Assembly: GCA_036172245.1 (NCBI GenBank)
Contig: JAYWIR010000001.1
Location: 1,302,001 to 1,366,000, forward strand
Direction of reading: 5' to 3'
DNA length: 64,000 nucleotides
Origin: Raillietiella orientalis
Taxonomy: Eukaryota
The notes beneath the pieces were generated by a model. The model was not told the DNA's origin. It saw nothing but the letters and a program-made list of their open reading frames with translations, and did not search any database. Positions within the stretch are counted from its first letter, which is position 1. Each line of letters begins with the position of its first letter. Below are positions 1 through 13,329 of this stretch, piece by piece. The position numbers were made by a program, and so were the translations under genes.

Positions 1-372
1 GGTCCGCGCACACGAGTTGTCGCGTCCGCGCCCGACCCGCACTGCCGTGGGGTCGCAGGCACCGCGAACGGAGGCCGCCTCCCTTGCTTCTTCCAGGCCT
101 CGCCCGAGACAGCAAATCGGCGCGGAGGTCGGTGTCATCAGGCGCCGCTTCTACTGGCAGAAGGAACGGCCGAAACCCTCCTGTCCTCACCTTCTCCCCT
201 TTGTTTATTGATTTGTTGTCCCCTCTCGTTCGTTCCGGCCTTTCCGAGTGACCGACTTGCGTGTCGGCGGACCCTCCCCTCGAATCTCCCCCTTTTCGTT
301 CCGGGAGCGGCCCTCTCCCGACTCGTTCCTTCTTCCTGGATAAACGCCGCGCACTGACCGGCTGGTGACAAA
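1..372 (+). mobile_element. 3' end of family-1 LINE (truncated by window edge)
   Basis: T-rich UTR (199-220), then GATAAACGCCGCGCACTGACCGGCTGGTGACAAA ending at 372. This matches the terminal motif of the other copies. Confidence 0.6.
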
Positions 373-649
373 TCGCACGCCGAGCTGAAAAGGAAAAAAG
401 GGGTGGAAATCGGGGAGTGCAGGAATTGCTTGTTCTCGGGGTGCAACGCGACGACGGCGGGCGCGCGAAGAGAGGGAAACGCTGGCTGAACATCGCTGAG
501 GTCTGCTGCGGAAAATGCCCCGAGGGCTGGTGGCGCGCCACCCGCCGTGCGTGCATTGAAACCGTCACGCATTCTTGTCCGCGTTTCGGCACGCGTCCTC
601 GGGTCAGTTCCCGGTTCCTTTCGCAGAGGGATTTCGGGCGGATGTTCCT

Positions 650-3215
650 GTTGTTACAAGGATGGACGACGGGAGGTTGCGCCGAAGGATGGAGGTCATT
701 GGCGCTCATCCACTCGAGCACCGGGATGGAATGGTGGATCGCTTCAGCCGACACGCGTACGTTCGCATCATGCGCACGTTGAATATGAGTGATCTCGCAG
801 GTCGCAGGCTCGCTCCACGCACTCTTGTTGTTCTTGCACAACTTGTGTGAACAAACGCGAGGGCGGCATGCATATGTGTACGACTCTGTCTACGCTGGTA
901 CTTCAACCGAATGCATTACAGCCCACGCGTGGCCATCCCTTCCTTTGCAAACAGCAATCTCTCTCGGCTCACGCATCCTGCAGGTGCGCATATGCGTCCC
1001 ACCCTCCCTCCTGTTTGTTGGTGTCCGAATGCACACTCACGGAGGTGCGTTGACACGAAACGGTCGCTTTTGTCGCGAGGCTGGCATTGGAGTTGGGTCT
1101 CGGCGAAAAATTGCAGCAGCCTGATGCATTACGGTGTTCCTTCCATCCTGCCGTCAATCCAGGGTGTTTCTTCGTTGCAACTCCGCTGTTTGCACGCAGC
1201 ATGGACGCGTACGTATCGCCTCCGCCCATACGCGCTTGTCCGTTGCACTGCAAGGTGTGTACGCTGCTGCTTCCAGTGGTTGCTTGTCGGTCATTCCACA
1301 CGTGGCAGTGGCAGACATCTCGATCGCGGGATGCCGGTCTGGTTGACAGGGGGCATTCCTGTGCTGAAATGCGACCCCGTTTGCAGACGCGGGACGAAGG
1401 CAGCTCCGGGTACGACTCGGTTGGGATGCACTTTGCGTGTTCCGACGTCCATGTTGTGTTCTTCCTCTTCCTTCTCTTCACGGGCTGCTTGACTTGCAGT
1501 GACGTGCCCGTTCGCTGCTCCGTGGATGGTCCAAGCCGTAGCGCGAGGACCACCGAGGTTGGATCAGTCAGGCCGGTCTCGGCTGTGGATGTCAGGGATG
1601 CGTGGGAGGCGGAATCGCCAGTGGACCTGAAGACCGAATGGTCATGATGATGATGCCAACAAATCCTGCACGTTAGAAGGTGGATGGATTGGTGTAATGC
1701 GTGTGTTGGCTGTGATCGTTGCTGTTGCTAACCCTGCACGCCTATTAGAGCGTTCCGTGGTTTCAAGAAATTATTTTCCAGCGATAGAACATGACCAGCA
1801 AGTTGCGTATTCGAGGTCACCCTCCTCCGTGTTCTCGAGAGTTTGTGTTGGTGGTGAATAACGAGCTTGAGATTTGTGCGACCGTATAAGCACCCTCAGA
1901 ACTTTCGAGAACATTAGTACACTCTTCAAATTATCTTCACTTGGAGCGTACGAGTAGCAGCATCACAAACGTAACAAAAGGTTTTGCCTTTCCTATCCAT
2001 CTTTTGATAGGACATGTTGTTTAATCGGCATTTCCGTGGTCACTTAGCCAATGGCATGTGCTGCAAGGAGGGGTTTCTTCTTGATACTTTTTAGTTTCCT
2101 GTTCGTCCTTTGCCAATCGAGGGAGGAGTTTCCCTTTCAATTTTTGGCTCTTTGATACCCTTGTGGGAGTCGAGTTTAGAATCGTGCAAGTTCATTCAGA
2201 AGAATGAAAACTGCGGGCAGAGACCAGCTTGGGCTCTTGGCGTACGAAAAGGACAATTGATTTAGCGTATCCACACCTTCCTTTGTGCTGTTGTAAAATG
2301 CAACGCGCATGTCAACTGACGAGTCACGGTGCATTGTACGCAGGAGGCGTTTTTCCCTTTTCTTAACGCTGAATGGGATTCCTGTCGCACTTTCCGCAAA
2401 TGCGAGCAGTCCGAGGTCGGTTTCTTGTATTCATGCACTCCAGGGTGAGTTCTTTTATCCTTCTTGACTCGGGGTTACTGCTGCCAGTCTATAGTAGCTC
2501 AACAAATGAAACCGTACTTGTCAGGCGATATATTTCTCCCATCGCCACGGGGCAAAAGAGCTCTTTTGGTCACTTTCGGTGAAGACTCTTTCATTCGGAA
2601 TGACCGAGAACTTGTTTGCCCTTGCCGGTTTCCTATTTTCATTCAGCAATTTGTTCGAAAGACTGCCATGGAAACCTAGCTCCTTAACTTGCGACAGCAT
2701 GTGTGGGCACTCCAGTCGGAAGTAATCTGATAGTGCTTTACCAGTAGTTGGCGTGCAGCTGAAGTGGTCATGCGGTAATCACGCTTGCGGTCTCTCCAGC
2801 CTCGCGTGCGACGCTGGACGCTCGGACCCATCGCCCCGCAACGTACCCAGCTTCCCTAGCGGTACTGAATTTGAGTCGTACGGGATGATCATGTCCTGTT
2901 CAATGCAAAGTCATTGAACAGGTTTTTATTACTGACCTTTGCCTTTTTCGCTTTTTTTTTTTTTTTTTTTTTTAGCTTACGTTAAAGTTTTTTTCATTGG
3001 GAACGCTTATTGGTATTAGCGAGCTTCTTCGAGAGCTGAAATTGTCAGTTGTTTTTGCTCGAAACCTCTACGCAGACATCATGACCTTTGTAAAGGACGC
3101 CTTTGGATTCCCAGTGGATGCAAATGGGGTTCTGCTCTCATTTGCAAGTTTGCAAGCGAAGCGGTTCGTAATGCCACGGTCACCTTCACTCTTAGGGTTG
3201 GACATGCAGCCCTGA
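650..3215 (+). CDS. Putative intron-rich gene, partly assembled; possibly a surface protein with Ig-like/filamin-like repeats
   Basis: Regularly spaced GT/GC...AG segments. Candidate exon peptides IEGGVSLSIFGS (~2115-2150), FSLFLTLNGIPV (~2350-2386) and TFVKDAFGFPVD (~3083-3120) loosely resemble IPT/filamin-type strands. The product is inference only. Confidence 0.3.
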
Positions 3216-3722
3216 CGGCGAAGCAGCGCAAGCATGCGAAGTCACCAGCCGCGCCGGTCGAGTGCTTCGAATGCTCTTCTGGAAAGTGAAGGGCGCGCTT
3301 AGGAGGAAGAAAAAAAAAATCCTGAAAGGAACTTCATGGGCGAAGCGAGTGAGCTCTTCTGAGAAATCTCGAATCTATATCCCTCTTTTGGGGGTGGTCG
3401 GGCGGGTGGGTGGAAGAGTGGCCCAGTTCTCTTTAAGTCTGCGGAAATTTGTGATCGCATGCGTGGCTGCAGCGATGGCAACCTGGCAAGACCGCAACCG
3501 GCTAGGCCGTGCGTTCCTCTTTGTCTGAGAGCTGTTGAATCCATTGCCTTCCATTCACGGGGTGTTCTTATAATCAGCGCCCCCTACAGCTTTGCACTTT
3601 TATTCCACTCATTAATTTCTCTTTCATCATCCACGGATGTATTTATATTCTATTTTACATGTGTATATTTATTTTTGCTGACTGTGAAAAAAAACAAAAA
3701 AAAAACGAAAGTATGCGTTTGA

Positions 3723-4650
3723 TTTGTACCCGTCACGCTGAGAGGTTTATTCAAAAGATGAACCAGAAAGAAGGGAAGCAGTGTCCCCTAAATGCAAGAG
3801 ATGCCAGAAAAAAAAAAAAGAAAAAAAAAGGGTTCATTAGGGATGACCATCGACACACAGGCCGGTTTCTAAGGAAGTAGGGAACGGAGAAAGGGCACGA
3901 TAAATAAATAAGAAAAAGACGGGAAGGCAGGGACAGGGGTCTTTGGTTCTAGTCGTTCCTTTCTTCACTGATGACTTCTGGCAGATGAGGGAACCTTGCG
4001 GCCATCCTCATCAAGGCGGCTGCCATGCTGGTGGCCTCCCTTCTCTACGACCGAGACTCCAACACGTGACGGGCTGTCAATACGGCAGGGATGCAATATG
4101 GCCCGTTACGATCACGGCGCCTCGCGTGCAGAAACACCGCAGCAGTGTCGCAGAGGTGTCTTCCCGTTCACGGAGCGCCGAAGAGAGTCGCTACATGCCC
4201 TCGAGGACACTGTAGTCCAACAGAAGGTGCGGAAACGATCCCATTTCTCAGCACCTGGAACACTTCGGGGAGGCAACTCACCAGGAAGCCACGTAGCTGC
4301 GCTGGTTGCACCGTAATCCCTTCAGTGCAGAAAGAGAAGGACATCCCGCCTCCAGAGGAGCGGGAACACTGAGGTGTCCGCACGCACAAAGAAGGGACCT
4401 CGAGTCGCTCCACCGAGGGAGTCACTTCGCCCGCGAACGAGGAGGAGTGGAGCCGTCCAACACCAACTTGCTCGTCTTGCAGCCGCCCAGGAGTCTCTCG
4501 ACTCTTGAGATTGGTGCAGGACAACTGCCACCGCAACGGTTGACTGCTGTCATCATTTGCCCTAAGGGCAGACGGTGCTGCGGCGAGGGAAAGACTTCTA
4601 TTCGGGACCGTTGCGTCTAGTGCTGCAGGAGATCTCCCAGCGTCTTGCAT
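3723..4650 (-). mobile_element. LINE 3' fragment (zinc-knuckle region + 3' UTR), decayed
   Basis: Minus strand reads KCSRC*EMGSFPHLLLD. Terminus AATAAACCTCTCAGCGTGACGGGTACAAA ends at 3723. Homologous to 33042-33990. Confidence 0.75.
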
Positions 4651-6414
4651 GGTACACGTTTGATCGCCAATGCAGGATCAAACGCGTTTTCCTGCCACAT
4701 CTGCCTCTCGAGGTCACTTTCACTCCAGCACGTGCTAAAATCTGCTTCTAGTTTCCCTATTTTTTTCTTTTTTTGCAAATGTAAGCGAGTTCTGCCAAAG
4801 AACCTGCGAAAGAAAAGTCTGTCGCGCATTCGCCGTTGGTCACATCTTGCGATGATAAATCGCGCTGCGGGCTGGGGTGGATTGCGGGGGAGAATGAGGG
4901 GGGTGGAGGGGTGACCAACACTTCAGAAGCGAATCGCATTCAAGGGAAGCATGTTCTCTCCCCGCATTCCCTGGGGGTAACACGCGTGATGTCTTACCTA
5001 TGATCTCCTTCCCGGCTTCCCTGAGGAACGCATGCAGAAAGGAGCGATGAATACCAAAAGAACCACGGTATCGACGTCACCGCCTGAACGCCGCGTAATC
5101 TGCATGGCAAAAGAGAGAGGGTTAACGAATTCATCATCCCGAGTTTTCTATTCCATTTGCTTTGCTCTCGCGTTTTGTTTATGGGGAAACATAGGAAGTT
5201 GTTCCCGTAAACCAATCACGAAAGAAATGCAGCCGCCTTCTTTGCAGAGAAACATTTTTATTTATTTCCTCCCCCCCTTCCTTTCCCAAAAGATAAAAGT
5301 TTCGCACGGTAATTGATCGTAATGAATTCAGTGTACACAAGAATGTATGTTTTTCTGGAGGTTCTCTCGCACATCATAAATCACATCCCAACCACGCAGC
5401 GTCTCGGAGGCGGATGGAGGGAAAACGATGGACGGGCAAACCTGATACTCGGCTGCCGGCTGAAGGTTCTTCTCTTCCACCGAAAACGCATTCATGCCTC
5501 CTCGGCTGTAGCACCTGCATCCATTTGCATATCGTTCGCAAACCACAATCGAAGTAATCCGCTTTACATACCACATAAGCCAACTTCTATTACCAAAGCA
5601 ACGGGGTTCTACCCGTTCCACAGTCTTCATGAAACCGAAACCGTGATTTACGGCCGCCTCGTGTGGAGGAGAGCGAGGATGGAAGAACTACCGCGGAAAC
5701 AATAATTCTGGGAAACCAAATTGCGAAAGATTGCAGCATTTTCGGGATCGCACGTTGCAGCGCCTCGTTCCGCCGTTGCCGATAACCTGGAGGAATTCCC
5801 GTCGAGGAAAAGACTGAGGCGCGGCTGGCCGTGGTCATCAGCAAGAGTTTCCGGTCGGCTTGCCCTTGACGTGCAGCAGCCCGGTGGACCCAGGGCGCCC
5901 GCGCCACGCTTCGAAAACCCAGAACGGTCAAGAGCCAGGCGCTTGTGCAGAAGAGTCGCCGCGAGTGCCTCCGGACCTACCTGGATGACAAGCATCCCAG
6001 CCAGGGAGGGCAAGACGAGCATCGCTCTCCAGCCACCGACTCGAGAAGTTGCGTCCGTCTCAGGGCCCTGCGGCGGCTCCGGCTGCAAGATGTTTCCATC
6101 TCAGCGTCTGCGGCATCGATGCCGCACGCTGCTTCCAGGAATTTTTCCAGGAGAGAAGGAAGAAGGATACATGAAAGAGTCTCTCTGACGCAGAGCACGG
6201 AACATCCTGACCCCGCCCTCGTAGTTCCGAATCACTCAAAGACGCAGGCAACGCTGGCGGCCCTCCTTTGGAGCGCGTTTCCAAGACCATCAAGTCGATG
6301 ACGAGCTTGCTGCTAAGCGTGGATCGCATAGGGCCGACGCATGCACCGGCTAAAACGGGATTTCTTTTCTTGTTTTCCAAGGAAAAAGAGAACCACAGCA
6401 CACCGGGAGCATCA

Positions 6415-7745
6415 AATTTTTTCCTGGTTTCCCTTTGTTGGTCCTCCAAGTGCTGAAAAACCCTTCGCTTCCTTGGAGAGTGGTGGTCACGAAACTTTTT
6501 AAGCACCGTCCACGTTACTGGAGAGTGCGTGTAGCTCTTAAATTCATAAGAACAACCCCGCAGGGATCGCCCTATAAATTCAGGAAGACTCTGGAGGGAG
6601 GAGTCCGTTTTTCTTGCACTTGGGAGAGAATCTCGAAGGGAACCTTCTCCTTATTCTCTCTGGAAGGACCCCTGGGAAACAGCTCGATGTCCTCATTCTC
6701 TGGAGTGATCAGACGACAGTTACTCGGATTGCGCAAATCTCCTTCCTGAAGGGGGTGTGCTCCAGCTGAGCGGGAAGAGGACGGGCGCCTCCCTTCCCCT
6801 CCCAGCTCTGCGCGGTCAGCTTCTGTACCAGGAGGGCCAAAGCCCCGCCATGAAGCTCTCGAAGAACTCACCTGGAAGGACGTCCCCCCCTGGGTCTTAC
6901 CCTGTTCTTGAGCTCTCCGCAAGTGGCGATGGTCTCTGTCGTGGGGAACGTCTCTCCGAGGCGCGCTCGCTCATCCTCCACCAAAGCGGATGATGGCTCT
7001 CCAGAAGCCTCCGAGAGAAAGTGAGTTCCTGGAAGATCCCTTTGGAGAACAGGTCGCGCACTGAGCGCTTGACTTCCGGAGGGGTCGAGTCCGCGGTCGC
7101 CCAGCAGCACGTAAACCGCCCTGGACCGCCAGACCCGGATCCGGCCCTGAATTTGGCCAGCCTTCTCGCGGGAGCATGTCTGGAGAGGACGCACGGTGTC
7201 AGGACAGCGTCCTGCCCGAACCCAGGTGGTAGGAGGGCCAGAGGAAAAGCACTCGCACAGAACTCTCGGACAAAGGCCTTCAACAGGTTCCCCATAGTCG
7301 AACTTGTGCATGGCGAACCCACGGAGGAAACCGCAAAGCAGTGGAGCTGCTCCCGCGGTTGGCTCAGCCAATCCCCAGGCATCTTTCACGGATTCCAGAT
7401 TTCTCTGAAGGGAGCTGTCCGAAAGAAGCAGCACACTTCTTAATAGTCTGGAGAGGCACCTCCCGAGGGGATCATCAACCAGCTCAACGTGTCCACTCCA
7501 CCCTCATAACCGGAAAGAAACTCCGAAGGACGTCGGAGGGTAGACTTCCGATCCCAGCTAGTCAACCGGGCCATATGGTTTCCGGATACCACTGGTGCCA
7601 GACCAGCATCATCTTGCGAAAGGGACTCGAAAACCACGACACATACCCCATTTGTCGGCGTCGATCCTTCCCCGGGCGAGTTTCGAACCCGCGACGCTCG
7701 GCACCACGTGCCAAGACCGCAGGCGCGCGGGGCTGTGGGATTGAT
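6415..7745 (-). mobile_element. tRNA-derived SINE split in two (about 7395-7745 and 6415-6675) by a ~0.7 kb insert
   Basis: B-box GGGTTCGAAACTC (7690-7678). Body and 3' end (TTCAGCACTTGGAGGACC) match the other copies. The insert may be a LINE post-RT fragment. Confidence 0.75.
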
Positions 7746-7871
7746 CGAGGAAGTGGCAAAAGGCATCAATGACACTTGACCTTAAAGCCTTTGATCGCTA
7801 AGGGAAGAGTCAAAGGACAAAGATGCTCATCCGTGGTCAAAAAGAAAGAAAGAAACTCCAACTCCGCTTGG

Positions 7872-8620
7872 TTTAACACCCGCTAACTTCGGGGCGTTTA
7901 TTATAAAATAAACAAACTTGTATAGGGTCATCGGCCCTACATCGTCTGAAAATGCTCGTAACCTTCCGCAGGCCGGTGAGGTTCACCTCGACAGCTGGGG
8001 GACAAACAAAGATAAAAATTAAATAAGAATTAATAAAAAAAAAATCAGGGGAGCACGGGATCACCGGCCGCTGGTGGGTGCCCTCTGCATGCTTTCCAGA
8101 ATGCCAGCAAATTCCATCCGAGTGTGCCCCATGCGGGACCATCTTGCTGTCGTCTTCAGGACGCAGAGCCAAGCAGATGGAGTCATTATCGCGCCGTCCC
8201 CCTCTTGGGTAGCTCCAGATCGCCACAATCCCACATAGGCAGCAAAGAGCTGCTAGGGATGCAAAACGGCGAAAGAGCGTCGAGCACGAAGAAGAGCTTC
8301 ATCACGTCCCTGGGATTGTGCGTCGGTGCACCAAGGGCCGTCATGTAACGCAACCGCAGGGGAAGGAGGGCAACGCAGTCTACAAGCAAGTGCGGGAGTG
8401 ATTCCCGTTCCCCGCACCTGCACCAGTTGGGGTCCACAGCCCCCTGGGTCCAGTGAGAACGGCGGGCTCTGTACGGGAGGTCCCAGTGCAGCAGCAGAAG
8501 TGCCGATTCCTGCTACTTCAGGGGGAGGACCCGGTTGTTCTTCAGCTCTGGGGGCCACTCGAGGTCTTCCTGCGGGATTCCCAGCAGCAGTAGTCCCTTC
8601 GATGGGGCACTCCAGCCACG
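7872..8620 (-). mobile_element. Family-1 LINE 3' fragment
   Basis: DPNWCRCGERESLPHLLVDC zinc knuckle (ORF 8186..8437), T-rich UTR, and terminus AATAAACGCCCCG...GCGGGTGTTAAA. Confidence 0.85.
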
Positions 8621-8779
8621 CTTGGCGTATCCCACATCAAGTCTATGGCAGAGCTTCTGTAACAAGAACGAGTTGCATGTCCTAAATGTTCTCGAAGCTC
8701 TAGCTCGGGATGGGTACGAACCGAGAGAACCAAATCCAGCCGAAGGAACACTCTTGTGTTCAGGAAACACTTTTCAAGA

Positions 8780-9640
8780 CCTCTATTCGAATCTGTAGTC
8801 CTCATTCGCTCTCTTCCTGCTTTCTTTTGAGTTCTTCCTTTTCTTTCTTTCTTTTCTTTTATTTCAACCTCGATTCAGACTCCGCATTTCTACTCGCATA
8901 TTCTGCAACTTTCCAGAAGGTTTTTCTTTTTTCTGTTTTTGTTTCCAGGGACTCATTCCGTTTGCCTGCATGCTTACGAGGTCCAGGACTCCAGAAACTG
9001 GGCCAAACATCCGTCCAAGGTCCGAAGCGCATTTTCGTGCGGCCGCAAAACTCACACTCTGAAACCGAGTGAACTCAGTGACGAGGTGGTGTACTCCTCC
9101 CCAGCGGGCGTACCGTACAGCGTTTCAGGAAACGTGCACCCGGAAAGAAATCCACGTTTCAAGCTCACTTTCTTTTCCTTTTTTTTTTTTTTTGATTCCT
9201 CGGATCGACTTCCGGTTTGTCTCTCTCCCGACAGCAAGAATGGCACATCGTGAACTGATGGACGAGTTCCGAGCTTCTTCTCGGACCACTTGCTCATTCG
9301 TCATCTGCTTGACATCCAGTCGGAGTTTTTGCTCCCCCGGGCTACGCTTGACTCGCGCCTCCCGGTTTCCAAGCAAGCATCTCGTTTCACTCCCGACAGC
9401 TTGCGTATCCCGCCTGATCGGGAGATTTCGGACCGGCTCGCAGCGAACCATCCCTCACCTTCGCGGAGCGAGTTGTCTTCCTCTCTCCCGAAGCTTTCGG
9501 ATGCTCGGAAGATTTTGATTTGCGTATTCCGACGCCTGCGTTCCCCCGATACACACCGCGCGAGCGCTTGTTGTCGTTCCTCTCTCCGCCGTGGACCAGA
9601 AATCCTTGAGAATTCTTCGAGCTTGGCTCCGGTGTTCTTC
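8780..9640 (-). pseudogene. Decayed LINE ORF2 endonuclease-RT linker fragments
   Basis: Charged helical peptides (ARRILKDFW..., RLDVKQMTNEQVVREEAR) resemble the L1/Tx1 linker. No catalytic motif is present. Confidence 0.35.
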
Positions 9641-10411
9641 TGAAATAGCCTGCTTCCTCATTCTTCTCATATTTGTTTAGGAGTCTGTTTCCTTTTGGCA
9701 TTTGCGGCCTTCCTTGATTAATAGAGTGGGGAAAAAGCCAAAAATAATTGTGTCGGGTCTTTCGAAATGCAACGTGTGCCGAAAAACGGTTTCCATGATG
9801 TTCGTTTACGCCTGCGGGTGAGGGAGTAGGGGGGGGGGGGAAGAAGGGGAACTTTGCGAAAGTAATGTGGAAACGAACAAGTTTCCCGCTCATCCGGATC
9901 GTGTCATGACCTCGCAAAGGGGCAGCGGAGTGTCCGTCCACGCCGTGCAAGACGCCCCGCTTTCCGTTTTGCTTCCCGCGTTGAATGCGGCTGTAACTTT
10001 CGGCTCGGCCGCGTCTGATGGAGACCTTGATCACCCATTCAAACGGAAAGGTCAGTATCGCATCGGGAATGCGACAGCAGCATCCAGTCTGGATCCGAGC
10101 TTGCGGAGTCCTAACGTCTTCAAAGCACGCTGTTGCGCTAGCAGTTTGACTCGTGGAAGTGTTGAGGCTCTTTTCCACCTTGTAGCTCGAACGCCGTTGC
10201 ATCCACTCTTCTCAGTCCTCCTTTCATTTTTCGAACTTTCATCCGTCTGCTCCCCTCCCTCCAGCAATCATTGACGGCGCATGCTTCAGCAAGGATTTCC
10301 GGTACTCGTCCGAACCCTAGGGAGAAAGTTTCGCAGTGGAGACCCGAAAGCAAAATGACGCGGAGGAAGCTATATTCGGGTTAAATCCCGTTAAAGAATC
10401 AAGGAACGATA

Positions 10412-10742
10412 CAGTGGTACCTCGGTACTCGTCAAGCTCAGTGCTCATCGCATTTTGATGAGAAAAAAATGCTTCGACACTCGGCGCGTGCTCGGAACTC
10501 GACCCTCACTCATGATGAACGCTCATGGTAGCTCTCGGAAAGTGCCGAACACTTTCATAGAGTGCCTACTGGATCTTTCCTCTTCTTTATGCATTCTGCG
10601 CATTCTAAGCGTTAGTCATGGGTTTCGGAACGGTTAGGAATGATACCACGAACCCTAGAAAGGGACTCGTTCGGTACTCGGCAGTTTCGGAACACGTCAG
10701 GAGTTCCGGAACGAATTACCGACGAGTACCGAGGCACCACTG
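10412..10742. mobile_element. pogo/Tigger-like (Tc1/mariner superfamily) MITE, 331 bp
   Basis: 22-bp TIRs CAGTGGTACCTCGGTACTCGTC (10412-10433) and GACGAGTACCGAGGCACCACTG (10721-10742), one mismatch. TA on both sides. Subterminal TCGGTACTCG/TCGGAACTCG repeats; no transposase. Confidence 0.9.
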
Positions 10743-12699
10743 TACTATGGAATGCAACCATGCGGGATGCTCTCCGGAATCACTTGCAACCCTTGAACTG
10801 CGTACTTCTTTGCTATTCGGTTTGTTTCCAGAAACGTCAAGCTACAACAGTCTGAATTCAAACGGAATCAGTAGTTAGGAATTTGCGAACAGACCCAGGT
10901 ACAGTACAATGCAAAATGGCGATCTGAATAGGGAAACTCACTCCTAGAGACGTATTCCAATGTCGTACGTACTTTCCGCAGGATTGACTCGCAGTTGGCG
11001 AAGGAAACTCAAAAAGGAAGGGAGGGAGGTGGGGAGGGGACAACAACAAATAACGGGTAGCCGAGATATCAATTTGCTTGTACACTCGTTTTTGTGCTTT
11101 AGATATTTATAGCATGTGTGTGTAGAGGTAACAGGTCGGCAATGCATCGAGGAAGTTCGTGTTTTCAGATCCACAAAGTGGGAAATGGAATGGCATAGCT
11201 ACAATAGAGCAAAGCAACACTTGGAATAAGAAGTAATCCACATGACCTTCAACTTACCCGTGGTCTAGAATCGAAAGGTCGCATTCGACGCGCGTCCGGT
11301 GACGAAAACCTGATCGACAAAGACTCGGAAATGCCCTTAACCTAAGAGAGAAGAGATTGTAGGGGGAACCGAACTGAGTGGTGTTCGCCAGCTCCAGAAA
11401 CCTTAACAGGAACCCATCGCCATTTGCAAAGCCATCCAGCTTCAAGAAACATCCTGGAAACCACGTCCAAGTCGCGACGGAGAAAGGAAAGTGAACACGG
11501 GATCACTTGGAAAACGAGTGCGACTCTGACTGAGAGGTTTGCTGAGGGAAGCGCTGCCGACAGCTTACGGGTGCAGCAGCCCAACCCATCTGATTCTCTG
11601 ATTCGGTTTTAGGTGAGTTTACGAGGCCACCGTTGGACCGATGGTCAGAGGAAACGAAGGCCGACTTGGTGTTTCGAATGGAAACGCAGGTCTGGAAGGT
11701 TGCCGCCGGCAACCTTCACAGTCTGCACGGAAGAGAGGTTTCCTTCTCTCTGAATCCGCTAAGAGCTTCTTTGCAATGATGGTGCCACCTGATGAAGTAA
11801 CCAAATTGGCTGCGCACCGAGGAGTGCCTGCTGCTTCCCTCATTTTCGCGCGAAAGAATTGTCAGGTGGGACGAGATTTTCATAACTTCGGAAATCACTA
11901 GAGACCGAGGTAAGAGATGCAGGTCAAGAGTTTGGGATCGGAATTCCGGCGAGTCGTGACGTCACAAGAAGTGCATCGAAACTTTTCCAGGAATGAGGGG
12001 AATCCCTGCTTCAGCATGCGAGCGCACGCGTATCGAGATCACTTTTCGAGTGTTGGGACCACTTCCCGAGGAGCAGATGCCTCCTGGAAGCCCGTGCGAT
12101 CATAGAGGAACGAAGAAGAGAAATGGAAACACAAAGGATCCTTCGATCTTCTATCCTTTTTCCGAGACAGCTTTTTTTGTTTTTTCGTCCATCTTCAAAA
12201 ACGTGTAGGAAACACTGCCGACGCAGGAGACCGGGAATCATTCGGTTCCCTGGGTCTGAAGGTGCCGAGGGAGCAGGTTCACGGATGCAAGCGGGACTGC
12301 TGCGCGAAGACGAAACGGCTCGCCTCACTCAACACCTTGTGTGCGCCGGAAGGTATTTCGAACACGAGGAGGTGCTCACGAAAATCGCCGCCGAGTGCGG
12401 AGGTCAGGGGTCGGCGTTACACACGTTTCCATGCATGCGAGCTCAACCATCCTCTCATTTAATTCGTGGGCTGTCCAGTGAGCGAAGACACTTCTGCGGG
12501 CAGCAAAGCGTCTTGGTTGGCGCGTTCCGCAAGCAGCCTCCAGCGAGTCCCATGGATTCGTGCGGCAGCCCCGTTACCACGACCGGAAAGCTCTTTGACG
12601 AGGCAGGTCCGCGTTGGCGGCCCGTGTGGCTGCGGCCCTCCGTTCGTAGCACCGAGCGTCGCAGATTCGATTATCCAGGGGAGGATTGAAGCCGACAGA

Positions 12700-13300
12700 T
12701 GGGGGAGGGGGAGGGGACGGGTGTCATGGGTTTCGAGTCTCCCCGCAGGATGACGTTGCTTGTTCTGGTGAAAGCTAGAAAGCGGATGCTCCCTTCCCCT
12801 GGCCATGAACGGAAGTGGACCCTCCGGGGTTTTTCCAGGTACCAAGGAACCAGCTGCCTTCGGGGCTCCACTCCGGTTCTGAGGATGGAGCTGCACTATG
12901 GAGCTGGTTGATGACCCCTCGGGTGCAAAAAGTGTTCTGCTCCCTTCAGGAGAGCACCCTTCACAGAAAATCAGGGAGCGTCCCTTTGGGGTTCTCTCCA
13001 GAGAAGGAAAAAGGAGCGGATCCTTTCCGAGTTCCCCTCGGAGAAGCAAGGAGTGATCCCCTTCAGGCTCCGGAGACAACCAGCGCGAGGTTCCCCTTCG
13101 GGGCTCCTCTCTCATGCGTAGGAGGTACACCGACTCCTTCCAGAACCTTCCTGAATTCCATAGATGGTTCCTACGGAGTTGCTCCTATAATCTGAAGAGT
13201 CACACGCGCCCTCGGATGGCGTGGACGGTGTTTCAAGAGCTTCATGAGTACTTCCTAAGGAGGCGGACAGTTCTTCAGCACTTGGAGAAACAAAAAAAAG
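12700..13300 (+). mobile_element. tRNA-derived SINE, 5'-truncated
   Basis: Second B-box-like GGGTTTCGAGTCT (~12729), hairpin subrepeats, and 3' end TTCTTCAGCACTTGGAGAAAC followed by an A8 tract. Confidence 0.8.
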
Positions 13301-13329
13301 AACAAAGCTGGAAGGAAAGCAGCGAAGAC

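Noticed and set aside
11696..11718. Hairpin GAAGGTTGCC-gcc-GGCAACCTTC as a terminator
   Set aside because: No U tract, eukaryotic context, single occurrence.
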